From Oscillospiraceae bacterium (lineage in GTDB: Bacteria > Bacillota > Clostridia > Oscillospirales > CAG-272), in NCBI GenBank assembly GCA_015063495.1, contig SVUB01000001.1:1-55934 (forward strand): a stretch of 55,934 nt of DNA, written 5' to 3'. Made by a program: the position numbers and the translations under genes. This document shows, in pieces, positions 1-9,898 of this stretch. Numbering within the stretch: position 1 is the first letter of the stretch; each line of letters starts with the position of its first letter. Under the pieces are notes generated by a model. The model did no database searches, was not told the origin of the DNA, and saw nothing but the letters and a program-made list of their open reading frames with translations.

Positions 1-967
1 GGCTGTTTCCAAGGCCTACACCGAAAATTCCTCCCGATGCTATAGCATAAAGGCCCTGTATAGTCTGCCAACCGCTTCCCTGTGGGTTAGACCAGGGGTC
101 GCGCCATACCTCGATTCTTGTGCTCGAGTAGTCGGTAAAGAGTATAAGAGCCGCAATTCCCGCGGCTGCAACAAGTCCTATCGGGATTATGTATTTGAGC
201 TTTGTTCCGCCAAGAACCATTACAGAAAGACCGATACAGCAGATGATTATAAGTCCCGAGAAGTGCTTTTCAAGAACGACAAGTCCGCCGATAAGTCCTA
301 TAAAGAGTGCCGGATAGACCATTCCGTATAGAAAGGATTTTTTGAATCCCGGTGCCTGTACCTCGTCGCCAAACCTCGACATATACATAGCTAACATCAT
401 AACAAGCGCCGTTTTTGCAAGCTCCGAGGGTTGGAATGAGCCAAGTCCCGGAATTTCAAGCCAGCGCTTTGCGCCGCCTCGCTCCGATCCCGCTACAAGA
501 ACGAGAAGAAGCAGGATTATCGCAACACCAAAAACGATATACGTGACTATCTTGTAGGTCTTTAGTGGAAACAGAGTTACCATAAGTATAGCTATAACTC
601 CGAGAACGGTGAAAAGCAACTGCCTTACCACAAAATAATAGCTGTCTCCGTATTTTTTTGCCGCATATGCATAGCTTGCGCTGAAGCTCATTACGATACC
701 AATAGCAAGCAGAAGTGCAAGGATAACGAGAAAGACCATATCCACGTTTCCCGTTTTGTAGGAAGACGGTATCTTAAGGAATTTGAACCTGTCTGTATTG
801 CTTTCGGCTCCCGACGCAACACCCTCCGATTTTTCGGGAAGATTATCTGCCGCCTTTGTTTTTTTGCGATCCGAGGAAATGCGTTCAGTGCCCGTTTTCT
901 CTGTAGTGTCCTTAAACTGAGGGACGGAGCGTTTTACAAAATAATCTTCGTTGTTATGATCGTTCAT
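1..967 (-). CDS. ftsW: SEDS-family peptidoglycan polymerase FtsW/RodA/SpoVE (N-terminal ~322 codons; C-terminus runs off the left edge)
   Basis: Hand translation of the minus strand from ATG at 967 (GGAGGTG just upstream) gives MNDHNNEDYF... It contains RWLEIPGLGSFQPSELAKTALV and NPQGSGWQTIQGLYAIASGGIFGVGLGNS, which are typical SEDS motifs. It lies directly downstream of mraY in the dcw cluster. It is absent from the ORF track because no stop lies in the window. Confidence 0.85.
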   Translation of the reverse strand, partial: MNDHNNEDYFVKRSVPQFKDTTEKTGTERISSDRKKTKAADNLPEKSEGVASGAESNTDRFKFLKIPSSYKTGNVDMVFLVILALLLAIGIVMSFSASYAYAAKKYGDSYYFVVRQLLFTVLGVIAILMVTLFPLKTYKIVTYIVFGVAIILLLLVLVAGSERGGAKRWLEIPGLGSFQPSELAKTALVMMLAMYMSRFGDEVQAPGFKKSFLYGMVYPALFIGLIGGLVVLEKHFSGLIIICCIGLSVMVLGGTKLKYIIPIGLVAAAGIAALILFTDYSSTRIEVWRDPWSNPQGSGWQTIQGLYAIASGGIFGVGLGNS

Positions 968-992
968 TCCGTCACCTCCAAATCATTTTATC

Positions 993-1988
993 TTAGAATC
1001 TCACTCCAAACCAAGCTATAACGCAAAAAATAAGGGTAAACAGTGAGAATACGCATACTATTTTTATCTCGCTCCAGCCGCATTGCTCAAAATGGTGATG
1101 CACAGGTGCCATTTTGAATATTCGCTTATGCGTCAGCTTAAAGTAACCGACCTGAAGCATTACCGAGAAAGTTTCAAGCACGAAGACAAGTCCGAACACG
1201 AGAACGAGGAGAGGATTGTTCATAACGAAAGCAGATCCCACTATCATTCCGCCAAGGAAGAGAGAACCCGTATCTCCCATAAATACACGTGCGGGATAGA
1301 AATTGTAGACCAGAAAACCGAGAGTCGCACCGATAAGGCATGAGGAGATAAGTCCAAGTGACAGATTTTTCGAAACTAACGAAACTGCACAAAGGAAAAG
1401 TCCGACACAGAAGCTGTTAAGACTTGCAAGACCGTCGATACCGTCGGTAAGATTGACGCTATTGACTATACCCGTTATCAGTATGAGTGCGAAAAGGTAA
1501 TAAAGTATGCCCATGTCCCATTCCACACCGAAATAAGGTATGTAGAGAACTGTGCTGAGATATCCCGTCTTATGAAGGACCAGGATATATATAACCGCCG
1601 CCACTACCTGAAAAAGGAATTTCTGATAAGCAAGAAGTCCCTCGTTCTGCTTTTTAACAAGCTTGGTATAATCGTCAATAAAGCCTATCATACCGTTTGC
1701 CGTAGCAAGTCCGAGCGTAAGTGCAAGAGGAATAAGCTCCTTTGCCCTACCCTCTACTCCAAAATATACGAAAATACCCGTCATTACGAGAAGGATCGAG
1801 AGGATAAAGCATATGCCTCCCATCGTGGGGGTGCCCTCTTTTGATTTGTGCCATCTCGGGCCTATATCGAGTATCTTCTGTCCTACCTTATGACTTCGCA
1901 GTATCGGAATTATCTTGCGTGAAAGCAGAACTGTTGCAAGAAATATGAGTGCCGCAGGTAAAATAACGTTTAATATGTCTGTTTTCAT
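993..1988 (-). CDS. mraY: phospho-N-acetylmuramoyl-pentapeptide transferase MraY
   Basis: 331-aa polytopic membrane protein with the motifs KxGTPTMGG, NLTDGIDGLA and FMGDTGSLxLGG and the C-terminal APxHHHFE. Position in the dcw cluster supports the call. Confidence 0.95.
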   Translation of the reverse strand: MKTDILNVILPAALIFLATVLLSRKIIPILRSHKVGQKILDIGPRWHKSKEGTPTMGGICFILSILLVMTGIFVYFGVEGRAKELIPLALTLGLATANGMIGFIDDYTKLVKKQNEGLLAYQKFLFQVVAAVIYILVLHKTGYLSTVLYIPYFGVEWDMGILYYLFALILITGIVNSVNLTDGIDGLASLNSFCVGLFLCAVSLVSKNLSLGLISSCLIGATLGFLVYNFYPARVFMGDTGSLFLGGMIVGSAFVMNNPLLVLVFGLVFVLETFSVMLQVGYFKLTHKRIFKMAPVHHHFEQCGWSEIKIVCVFSLFTLIFCVIAWFGVRF

Positions 1989-2001
1989 CGGGTCAAGCCT
2001 T

Positions 2002-3450
2002 TCACTTTGCTAATTTGTCTATATTTTCTTTTAGATATTCAATGACCTTTTCAGCCGCTACAGAGCGACTTGCTTTTACAAGGAGAACGTCGCCTGCTCT
2101 GAGAGCGTGGAGCATCATTTCTCCCGTTACCTCAGGCGTGCCTGCCCTTGGGTTAACGTATACGTTCTCGGGGCTCATTCCGCCCTTAATAGCCGCAAGT
2201 GCAATATCCTCGGCTCTCTCACCGTAGGTGAAAAGCACCCCGCAGCCGCTACTTGCAAGATAAGAGCCTACGCTGCGATGAAGTGTGGGTGAATTTTCGC
2301 CAAGCTCAAGCATATCTCCGAGCAATGCCACACTTCTTGCTCCGTTTTTCTGTTCTGCGAGAGCACCGAGCAGGTCTATTGCCGCACGCATCGACTCGGG
2401 ACTTGCATTGTAGCAGTCCTCGATAAGGGTTATGCCGCCAAGCTCGTATATATTCTGACGCATTCCAACGCTTTTGTAGTTAAGAAGACCTCTTCTTATC
2501 TCCTCGATATCCATACCGCATCTCTTTCCGACGGAAAAAGCAAAAAGAGCGGCGTAAACGTTGTGTTGTCCCATAACCGAGATCTCGATATCGGTATATA
2601 TTCTTCCACCCATGAGAAGGTCAAAGGTAGTTCCCGTAAGCTCACTTCTGATGTTGAGTGCACGAAGATCAGCGTCTCTGTTTTCGATGCCAACGTAAAG
2701 AACTCTGCGACCGCCCTTATCGGCACTGACAAGCAGAGGCTCGTCACCGTTGAGGATAAGAAGACCGTCCTTATCAAGGCCTTCCGCTATCTCCATTTTT
2801 GCACGGCAGATGTTCTCTCTTGAGCCAAGCTGCTCCATATGAGAGGTGCCAACGGTGGTTATTACCGCAATATCGGGCCTTGTGGCTTTTGTCATTGAGG
2901 ATATCTCGCCAAAACCGCTCATGCCCATCTCAAGCACAGCTGCACCGGTATCGGGCTCTATCTCTATTACCGAGAGAGGCATACCGATAACGCTGTTGTG
3001 ATTTCCCTCGGTCTTAAAGGTCTTAAAGCGCTCGGAAAGAACTGTCGCAATAAATTCCTTCGTCGTGGTCTTTCCAACGCTTCCGGTAACGCCTACTGTG
3101 ACGCACTTATAACGCTTTTTATATTCTCTTGCAATGTCTCCGAGAGCTGCAACAGTATCCTCTACAAGTACGATAGCGTACGAACAACCCTCTATGCCGC
3201 TCATATCGGGCATCACGCTTGCAAGCACAAAGGGACATCCCTTCTTTATCGTACTCACAATATAGTTGTGCCCATCGGTATTTTCACCGACTATGGCGCA
3301 AAAAAGAGTCTCTGCATCCGCTTCTCTTGAGTCGGTACAAATGGATGCCACAGTAGCATCTTCAGCCGTACCAAGGCAGATAAGCCTACCGGAGCACATT
3401 TCGCTTATTTCTTTTATAGTTGGCATTCCGCCGGCAAATCTCGTTTTCAT
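2002..3450 (-). CDS. murF: UDP-N-acetylmuramoyl-tripeptide--D-alanyl-D-alanine ligase MurF
   Basis: Mur ligase P-loop GVTGSVGKTTTKE. 482 aa, located between murE and mraY. Confidence 0.9.
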   Translation of the reverse strand: MKTRFAGGMPTIKEISEMCSGRLICLGTAEDATVASICTDSREADAETLFCAIVGENTDGHNYIVSTIKKGCPFVLASVMPDMSGIEGCSYAIVLVEDTVAALGDIAREYKKRYKCVTVGVTGSVGKTTTKEFIATVLSERFKTFKTEGNHNSVIGMPLSVIEIEPDTGAAVLEMGMSGFGEISSMTKATRPDIAVITTVGTSHMEQLGSRENICRAKMEIAEGLDKDGLLILNGDEPLLVSADKGGRRVLYVGIENRDADLRALNIRSELTGTTFDLLMGGRIYTDIEISVMGQHNVYAALFAFSVGKRCGMDIEEIRRGLLNYKSVGMRQNIYELGGITLIEDCYNASPESMRAAIDLLGALAEQKNGARSVALLGDMLELGENSPTLHRSVGSYLASSGCGVLFTYGERAEDIALAAIKGGMSPENVYVNPRAGTPEVTGEMMLHALRAGDVLLVKASRSVAAEKVIEYLKENIDKLAK

Positions 3451-3473
3451 ACTTAAAATTCCTTTCGAAGCTC

Positions 3474-5027
3474 TCAGCGATAGTAGTAATATTTTTTCGC
3501 CGATTCTTTTGCAATATTCCTCTCGCTGAAGGGATGCTTGCCGCTTCTGTCTATCTCGTATTCCTCGTGTCCCTTGCCTGCCAGAAGTATGATATCTCCC
3601 GTCAGCGCATTCTTAATAACGTAATCAATAGCCTCCGCGCGACTCTCTATCATAACCGCGTGCGCGCGCGTAAAATCAAAACCGACCATGATGTCGGATA
3701 TTATGTCTCGGGGAAGCTCGCTTCGGCTGTTGTCGGACGTGACCACAACGAAGTCGGCAAGCGATGATGCTATCTCGCCCATAACTGCACGCTTGCTTCT
3801 GTCTCTGTCGCCACCGCACCCGAAAAGAAGAACTATTCTCTGCCCGCTCCGTCTGAAATCACGGGCGGTAAGCAGGAGATTTTTAAGTGCGTCAGGGGTG
3901 TGAGCATAGTCTATAAAGACTGCAAAATCTGCTCCTGTACAGAGCTTTACTCTCTCAAACCGACCGTCGATTCCTCCCATATGTCTGAGTGCGTCCTGCA
4001 CAGTTCGGGAATCTATTCCCATTTCAAGTGCACAAGCCGCCGCCTCAAGTGTGTTTATTACGGTGAATCGCCCGGGTATAGGGCTTTTTATTTTGAAGAC
4101 CGAGCACACGGAACTGAGAAGATACTCAATGCCGTCAGCGCCGAGATGCGAAATGCTTGCGGCGGAGTAGTCAGCTCTTCTGCCGTCGTCACGGGTGCAA
4201 AGTCTTATGTTTTTGCATCCGCCTTTTTCCGCGGCATCCGCAATACCGTTTGCATATGCGTCGTCGCCGTTTATAATGGCGATATCGGCCATCTTAAAGA
4301 GCTTTTTCTTTGCCTCAAGGTAATTTTCCATCGTGACGTGAAAATCAAGATGGTCGGGAGTAAGATTGGTAAAGACCGCCGCCGCAAAATGAAGCGGAGC
4401 AAGCTTATCGAGCGCCAGTGCGTGGGAGGTAGCCTCAAGAAGTACAAGCTCAACGCCGTCTGCCTCCATCACCGAGAGGATATGGTAAAGCTCTTTTGGG
4501 TCGGGAGTGGTCATATTGGCGTTTTCGTCCTCGGAGCGGATAGATAGTCTTTTATCCCCCGAGTAGCAGACTACGGTTCCTATAAGTCCCGTTTTTATGA
4601 GCGCCGCACTAAAAATAGCACGGAGCATAAAGGTCACGCTTGTTTTCCCGTTAGTTCCCGTCACAGCGACGAGTTTCATGTTCTTTGACGGATGACCGTA
4701 CCATGCATTCCACACAAAGGAGAGTGCGTGTCGGGTATTATCCGTTAAGAGAAGGACAGGACTGTCTTTGCTCTCAAAGAGAGAGGTATCAATATCTGCC
4801 CCATTCTCGGCAAGTACTGCTACGGCACCGTTTTCCACGGCATCTTTTATAAATTTGTGTCCGTCGACCTTGGTTCCCTTTATGCAAACAAAGAGACTTC
4901 CCTTTTTTACGATTCGGGAATCCGAGGTTATATCGGTTATTTCAAGCTCGTCAAACATGTCGTTGCTTTGGGCATCTACACCGTGTTGTTTGACGGGTAT
5001 ATCTGAAATTAGTTCGATAAGTTTCAA
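3474..5027 (-). CDS. murE: UDP-N-acetylmuramoyl-L-alanyl-D-glutamate--2,6-diaminopimelate ligase MurE
   Basis: Mur ligase P-loop VTGTNGKTS, and a DNSRSE motif at the position of the DNPR DAP-specificity motif. Position in the dcw cluster supports the call. Confidence 0.9.
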   Translation of the reverse strand: MKLIELISDIPVKQHGVDAQSNDMFDELEITDITSDSRIVKKGSLFVCIKGTKVDGHKFIKDAVENGAVAVLAENGADIDTSLFESKDSPVLLLTDNTRHALSFVWNAWYGHPSKNMKLVAVTGTNGKTSVTFMLRAIFSAALIKTGLIGTVVCYSGDKRLSIRSEDENANMTTPDPKELYHILSVMEADGVELVLLEATSHALALDKLAPLHFAAAVFTNLTPDHLDFHVTMENYLEAKKKLFKMADIAIINGDDAYANGIADAAEKGGCKNIRLCTRDDGRRADYSAASISHLGADGIEYLLSSVCSVFKIKSPIPGRFTVINTLEAAACALEMGIDSRTVQDALRHMGGIDGRFERVKLCTGADFAVFIDYAHTPDALKNLLLTARDFRRSGQRIVLLFGCGGDRDRSKRAVMGEIASSLADFVVVTSDNSRSELPRDIISDIMVGFDFTRAHAVMIESRAEAIDYVIKNALTGDIILLAGKGHEEYEIDRSGKHPFSERNIAKESAKKYYYYR

Positions 5028-5136
5028 GTGTTTTCACCTCTAATTTTGATGGTTTTTGAATAACTATTTTCACTTCCATCTAATTTGAGGCTTTTTTGTG
5101 CTGATTTTCGGTAAAATCGGCTGTTTTTACGTTTTA

Positions 5137-7437
5137 TCAGTCGGTTCCGTCAAGATATCTGAACTCAACAGTTACGAGAGTTCCCTTCGGAACGACCTCA
5201 CCTGCGGCAGGTGACTGGGATACTACCACGGCTCCTGCGCCGGTTTCATAGTTTGTAGTTCCTGTAATGTTTATATTGAGCTTACTGTTTATAATCATAT
5301 GGTTTGCGATAGTTGCGGATTTACCCATAACGTCGGGAACTTTTACGTTGTCGCTGTTTTCAAGCTCACCTGCGTAAAGGTATACCTTTCCGTCCTTGCG
5401 GACTCCGCTACCGCCCGTAGGTGCCATTTTTACTATCTTATTTCCCTCTCCGACGACCTCATAGTCGATTCCGAGATAGCCCATACTCTGCTTTGCATCA
5501 GCCACGCTCCAACCAACGTAATTGGGGAGAGTTTTCGTAAGATTTTCGAGCTCTTTTTCAGTATATACCGCTTCTATTCCAAGATAAGGAAGAATAGAAG
5601 ACATAACGTTTGCAACGTAAGGAGCTGCAACGATACTTCCGTATACAGAGCCTTTATTCGGCTCATCGACCATTATAAGGACTGCAACCTGAGGGTCATC
5701 TGCGGGTGCGTATGCCACACACGAGCCAACTCTGAATGGAGTGCTTCCGTCGGGAAGCTTTTTATCCTTTTTCTCGGTCGTACCCGTCTTTGCAGCGATT
5801 CTGTATCCGGCAACATACGCATTTTTTGCACCGCCGTCGCCCGAAACGCCTTCTTCTAGTATCTGAGTGATAGTATCGCACACCTCGGTGCTTACCACTT
5901 GTCTTGTGCTTGAGCTATCGTTATAGGAGAATACTACATTACCTTCGGAATCGGTCATTTCCTTAACAAGATGAGGTGTTACGAGGTATCCTCCGTTCGC
6001 AACGGCAGCTATTGCACGTATCTGCTGAATTGGAGTAACAGTAAAGTTCTGACCAAACGCTGCGGTCGCAAGCTCGACCTGATTAAAATTCTTGACCTCG
6101 TGGAAAATAGAATTTCCTTCACCAGAGAGGTCAATATTTGTTTTTTCCATAAGCCCGAAGGCATTAAAATAATCGTAGAATTTAGCGGAGCCAAGTCTTA
6201 GTGCTATCGTCATAAGAACGGGGTTGCAGGACTGCTGAAGAGCTCTTGCAAAGGTCTCGGAGCCATGTCCCGTTGTCTTATGGCAGTGAATCGGTTTGCT
6301 GTATCCCGGAACGAAATATGCTCCGGTGCAGAAAAAGTTTTCCCCAACGGAGACAACCTTTTCTTCAAGGCACATTGCCGTTGTTATTACCTTAAAGGTA
6401 GAACCCGGCATGTAGGTGCTGGTTATTGCTTTATTTGACCAGGAGGTCTGAAGAAGTTTTACTTTTTCAGCATTGTACTCCTCGCTTCCCTCTTCAAGCT
6501 TCAGAGAGGCAAGCTGTTCAAGGAAGTATTCGTCAAGTGCCCAAGGATCGTTACAGTTGAAATCGGGGATAGTTGACATTCCAAGTATTCCACCGTTTTT
6601 TACATCCATAACTATTCCGCAGACTCTTTCGCTTGCACCGTTATCGGCAAGCGTTGCACGGAGCTGATTTTCAAGCTCGTACTGTATAAACATATCGAGA
6701 GTTGTGGTTATATTGTAGCCATCCTTTGCCTCGATATAGTTTTCATATTCGGTAGGCATTTCATTGCCGTAGGAATCTCTTGCGGTTATGTATATTCCGT
6801 TCGTTCCCGAAAGCTCTTTTTCATAGCTGTATTCAAGACCGTAAAGGCCATTATTTTCCGATCCTGTAAAACCCAGAACACTCGATGCAAGGCTGTCATA
6901 ACAGTAATAGCGCTTCGAGGTAGCCTCAAGGTGTATCTCATTATAAAGGTCGTTTTCTGCAATAAACTGTCTTACAAGCTGTGCCTTATCGTTTTCAACG
7001 TTCTTCGCTATCGTCTCGTCAAGTCTTCCGACCTTTTTGGACTTTTCTATTATAGAATTATAATCTGCATCTAAGATCTCGGAGAGATTATTCGCAATAA
7101 GGACGTCTATTCCGGGTCTGGGCTCCTTTATCACGTCTCCGTCAGAGTCCTTTGAGCCCTTCATGGTATTCTGAATATCCTTAGGAGAAATAAAAACACG
7201 GTATACCGTAACGTCAGTCGCAAGCAGTACACCGTTCGTATCATATATATCGCCTCTGTCGGCGGGTATGACTGATTCGGTGGTCATCTGCGAGATAACT
7301 TCCTTTTGGTATCTCTCGTAGTCCTTTGTCTGGAGAGCGAAAACTCTGAATGTCAGGTATATGAAAGCAAGTACTATGAAGCCAAGGATGAGGTAAGAAC
7401 GCCCGTAAAGATTCGTGCTTACCGACTTCTGCTTCAT
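5137..7437 (-). CDS. class B penicillin-binding protein (FtsI/PBP2B/SpoVD-type transpeptidase) with C-terminal PASTA repeats
   Basis: N-terminal TM anchor, a PBP dimer domain, the STFK active-site motif (PGSTFKV) and KTGT (AAKTGTT), plus two PASTA-like C-terminal repeats. Start taken at ATG 7437 (RBS GAGGGGGAAG). The ORF-track start at 7455 is a TTG. Confidence 0.9.
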   Translation of the reverse strand: MKQKSVSTNLYGRSYLILGFIVLAFIYLTFRVFALQTKDYERYQKEVISQMTTESVIPADRGDIYDTNGVLLATDVTVYRVFISPKDIQNTMKGSKDSDGDVIKEPRPGIDVLIANNLSEILDADYNSIIEKSKKVGRLDETIAKNVENDKAQLVRQFIAENDLYNEIHLEATSKRYYCYDSLASSVLGFTGSENNGLYGLEYSYEKELSGTNGIYITARDSYGNEMPTEYENYIEAKDGYNITTTLDMFIQYELENQLRATLADNGASERVCGIVMDVKNGGILGMSTIPDFNCNDPWALDEYFLEQLASLKLEEGSEEYNAEKVKLLQTSWSNKAITSTYMPGSTFKVITTAMCLEEKVVSVGENFFCTGAYFVPGYSKPIHCHKTTGHGSETFARALQQSCNPVLMTIALRLGSAKFYDYFNAFGLMEKTNIDLSGEGNSIFHEVKNFNQVELATAAFGQNFTVTPIQQIRAIAAVANGGYLVTPHLVKEMTDSEGNVVFSYNDSSSTRQVVSTEVCDTITQILEEGVSGDGGAKNAYVAGYRIAAKTGTTEKKDKKLPDGSTPFRVGSCVAYAPADDPQVAVLIMVDEPNKGSVYGSIVAAPYVANVMSSILPYLGIEAVYTEKELENLTKTLPNYVGWSVADAKQSMGYLGIDYEVVGEGNKIVKMAPTGGSGVRKDGKVYLYAGELENSDNVKVPDVMGKSATIANHMIINSKLNINITGTTNYETGAGAVVVSQSPAAGEVVPKGTLVTVEFRYLDGTD

Positions 7438-7539
7438 ATCACTTCCCCCTCTCAAAGTTTTATTTCAAATCTCTCCCTATATCCTATTGTGCGTCCGCCC
7501 GAAATATGCGAGCGGACGCAGCCTTTAGAATACGTCTAT

Positions 7540-8364
7540 TTATTTTCCACCGCTGATAGCACTGAGAAGAGTGGAAAGACCAACGTTTGTCTTCTCATCT
7601 TCAAAGGTCTCTATCATATCCTCGTCCCCGAGGCTTATGTATTGTCTTGTAACAAGGTCTTTCTTGACCATGCCGAGCTTGTTTACCGCTATGTCCTCTA
7701 TGGTACGAAGGTCGTTCTTCACCTCAAGGGCGATAAGAAGTTCTCTTTCCTCTTTAGCAAGTGTAGATATCTCGTTCTGCATATCCACGTAATCATTTGA
7801 TGCATCACTGAGAAGCACCGAGCTTCCGACGATAAACATAAGAGATACTGCGCATATTACCACGGTAAGCATTGCGCTCACGGGGAGATGACGGAAATTG
7901 CGTGCAAGTGTCGATATTGCCGCAGGCTTCTTTTCTTCATTTTTCTTTACAGCTCTGCGCACAGGAGCTACGAATGAAGCTTCGTTTCTGAGCACGGGAG
8001 TCTTCGCTCTCGTCTGTTCTGCTCTTCTCTGCTGTGTGGCAGTTGCAGAGGGCCTTGGGGGCTGAGACGGCTTTGTAGCAGGTCTTCTGCTCTGCGTCTG
8101 CGGTGTGCTCTGGTTCGCTGCACGCTGTGTGTTTGCTATAACGCCTGCTCCGTAGAAGGAACGGCTTCTGTAATTCTGCTCAAATTCACCAAGTGTGAGA
8201 GGAGCGCTGTTTGATCCTCTCGATGCGTACATGATCTCTGCCCCGTAGCTGTCGGCAGAGGCTCTTGCCTGTCTTGCAAGACCGCGATCGGCAAATTTTC
8301 TGCTAAGATATTCAAAAGCATCATTTTGATTATTATTCTGGTATTGCACGCCGCGGTAATACAT
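7540..8364 (-). CDS. FtsL-like cell-division protein with a long low-complexity N-terminal extension
   Basis: Lies between rsmH and the PBP, the canonical ftsL slot. It has a single TM (VSAMLTVVICAVSLMFIVGSSVLL) followed by a short coiled-coil segment (EISTLAKEERELLIALE). The N-terminal ~170 aa are rich in Q/R/A/P/S. There is no sequence motif that proves the identity. Confidence 0.5.
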   Translation of the reverse strand: MYYRGVQYQNNNQNDAFEYLSRKFADRGLARQARASADSYGAEIMYASRGSNSAPLTLGEFEQNYRSRSFYGAGVIANTQRAANQSTPQTQSRRPATKPSQPPRPSATATQQRRAEQTRAKTPVLRNEASFVAPVRRAVKKNEEKKPAAISTLARNFRHLPVSAMLTVVICAVSLMFIVGSSVLLSDASNDYVDMQNEISTLAKEERELLIALEVKNDLRTIEDIAVNKLGMVKKDLVTRQYISLGDEDMIETFEDEKTNVGLSTLLSAISGGK

Positions 8365-8382
8365 GTTGTTCCTCCGTAAATT

Positions 8383-9342
8383 TTATATTTTTTCAGCCAC
8401 TCGAAGCTTTGCGCTTCTCGACCGTGGGTTTTCGGAAAGCTCTGCTTCACTTGGAAGCACAGGCTTTCTCGTAATTATCTTAACTTTAGCTTTGTTTCCG
8501 CATACACATACGGGAAAGTGCTTTGGACAAGTGCATCCCTCGGCAAGAGATGCAAAGCTCTGCTTCACTATCCTGTCTTCAAGAGAGTGAAAGGTGATTA
8601 TTGCGATTCTTCCGCCGCTTCTGAGCAGCTCTGTGGCACTCTTTATAGCAGGGGTAATAGCATCAAGCTCTCCGTTGACCTCTATCCTTATCGCCTGGAA
8701 GGTTCTTTTTGCGGGATGATGTCCCCCCTGCTTTGCCACCGAAGGCATTGCCCGCTTTATGATGTCAACGAGCTCGCCGGTAGTTTCTATCGGTTTTGCC
8801 GCTCTGGCTTTTACGATCTCTGCGGCTATCCTTCCGCCGAATCGCTCCTCGCCGTAGCCGTATATTATCTCTCTTAGCTTTTCCTCGGAATAGCTGTTGA
8901 CCACAGCGTAGGCATCGAGAGGATTTCTGTCGTCCATTCTCATATCGAGCGGTGCGTCGGCATTATAGGAAAATCCTCTTTCCGGAGTATCGAGCTGATA
9001 AGAGGAAACCCCAAGGTCCATCAGTATTCCGTCTATTTTATCTATCCCAAGCTCGGCACAAACCTCGCTGACCTCGGAAAAATTTCTTCTTACAAGAGTA
9101 ACTCTGTCAGCAAACGGAGCAAGTCTTTTGCCCGCTGCCTCTATTGCCGCCGCATCTCTGTCGATAGCTATGAGCCTTCCGCCCTCACCGAGCGCCGCCG
9201 CTATGTGATAGGAATGTCCTCCTCCGCCTGCAGTGCCGTCAACGTATATTCCGTTGGGCTTTATCGCAAGGCCTTCTATGCATTCGTCAAGAAGCACCGA
9301 GCGGTGATTGAAGACTATGCCGCCCTTCTCCATCTCGCTCAT
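8383..9342 (-). CDS. rsmH: 16S rRNA (cytosine1402-N4)-methyltransferase RsmH (MraW)
   Basis: Motifs HRSVLLDE, YVDGTxGGGGHS, DLGVSSxQLD and HSLEDR. It is the second gene of the dcw cluster. Confidence 0.95.
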   Translation of the reverse strand: MSEMEKGGIVFNHRSVLLDECIEGLAIKPNGIYVDGTAGGGGHSYHIAAALGEGGRLIAIDRDAAAIEAAGKRLAPFADRVTLVRRNFSEVSEVCAELGIDKIDGILMDLGVSSYQLDTPERGFSYNADAPLDMRMDDRNPLDAYAVVNSYSEEKLREIIYGYGEERFGGRIAAEIVKARAAKPIETTGELVDIIKRAMPSVAKQGGHHPAKRTFQAIRIEVNGELDAITPAIKSATELLRSGGRIAIITFHSLEDRIVKQSFASLAEGCTCPKHFPVCVCGNKAKVKIITRKPVLPSEAELSENPRSRSAKLRVAEKI

Positions 9343-9770
9343 GTGTCGTACTGCTTCAGAAGAGCTACTATATCTTCTGCATTCTCTTCGCTTATCTTAG
9401 CCTGATAGTTTTCTTCTGTCCAAATCTCGGAATAATCTCCGCAGCCTACGATAACGGTAGTTCCTCTCTCAAGCTCTGCGTGACGGCAAAGCTCGGGAGT
9501 AAGCAGGACTCTTCCCTGCGAATCGTATCCCGACTCAAGAGAATTGCGGTAAAGGAATCGGTTAACGTCGTGACGTTGTGATGCGGGTATCTTTGAAAGC
9601 ACCGTGGCACGATAATTTTCCCACTCATCCTTTGAATATACAAGGAGACATTTATTTTCGAGGTCGCGGACTATCATTACGCTCTCGCCAAACACTTCTC
9701 TGTGCTTTGCAGGTATAAAAAGTCTGTTTTTCGCATCAAGCGCATGTCTGAATTCACCGCAGAGAGACAT
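9339..9770 (-). CDS. mraZ: transcriptional regulator MraZ
   Basis: MSLCGEFRHALDAKNRLFIPAKHRE is a typical MraZ N-terminus, and the SpoVT/AbrB-like repeat is duplicated. Start taken at ATG 9770 (RBS AAAGGAGGTG). The ORF track extends to 9818. Confidence 0.9.
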   Translation of the reverse strand: MSLCGEFRHALDAKNRLFIPAKHREVFGESVMIVRDLENKCLLVYSKDEWENYRATVLSKIPASQRHDVNRFLYRNSLESGYDSQGRVLLTPELCRHAELERGTTVIVGCGDYSEIWTEENYQAKISEENAEDIVALLKQYDT

Positions 9771-9869
9771 ATCCGCACCTCCTTTTCGTTTTAATGTTTT
9801 TGTTTGTTTTTGGTGCAAAAATCCGACATTTTTGAGAAAAATTCAACATTTTGCACCACTTATGTGTTT

Positions 9870-9898
9870 ATTATAGTACATTCTCATTCAAAATGCAA
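9870..9898 (-). promoter_or_regulatory. sigma-A-type promoter of the mraZ/dcw operon
   Basis: On the minus strand: TTGCAT (9898-9893), a 17-nt spacer, then TATAAT (9875-9870), about 100 nt upstream of the mraZ ATG. Confidence 0.55.

Noticed and set aside
342-557. 71-aa + strand ORF near the left edge
   Set aside because: It is antisense to the SEDS (ftsW-like) gene, whose minus-strand translation shows family motifs.
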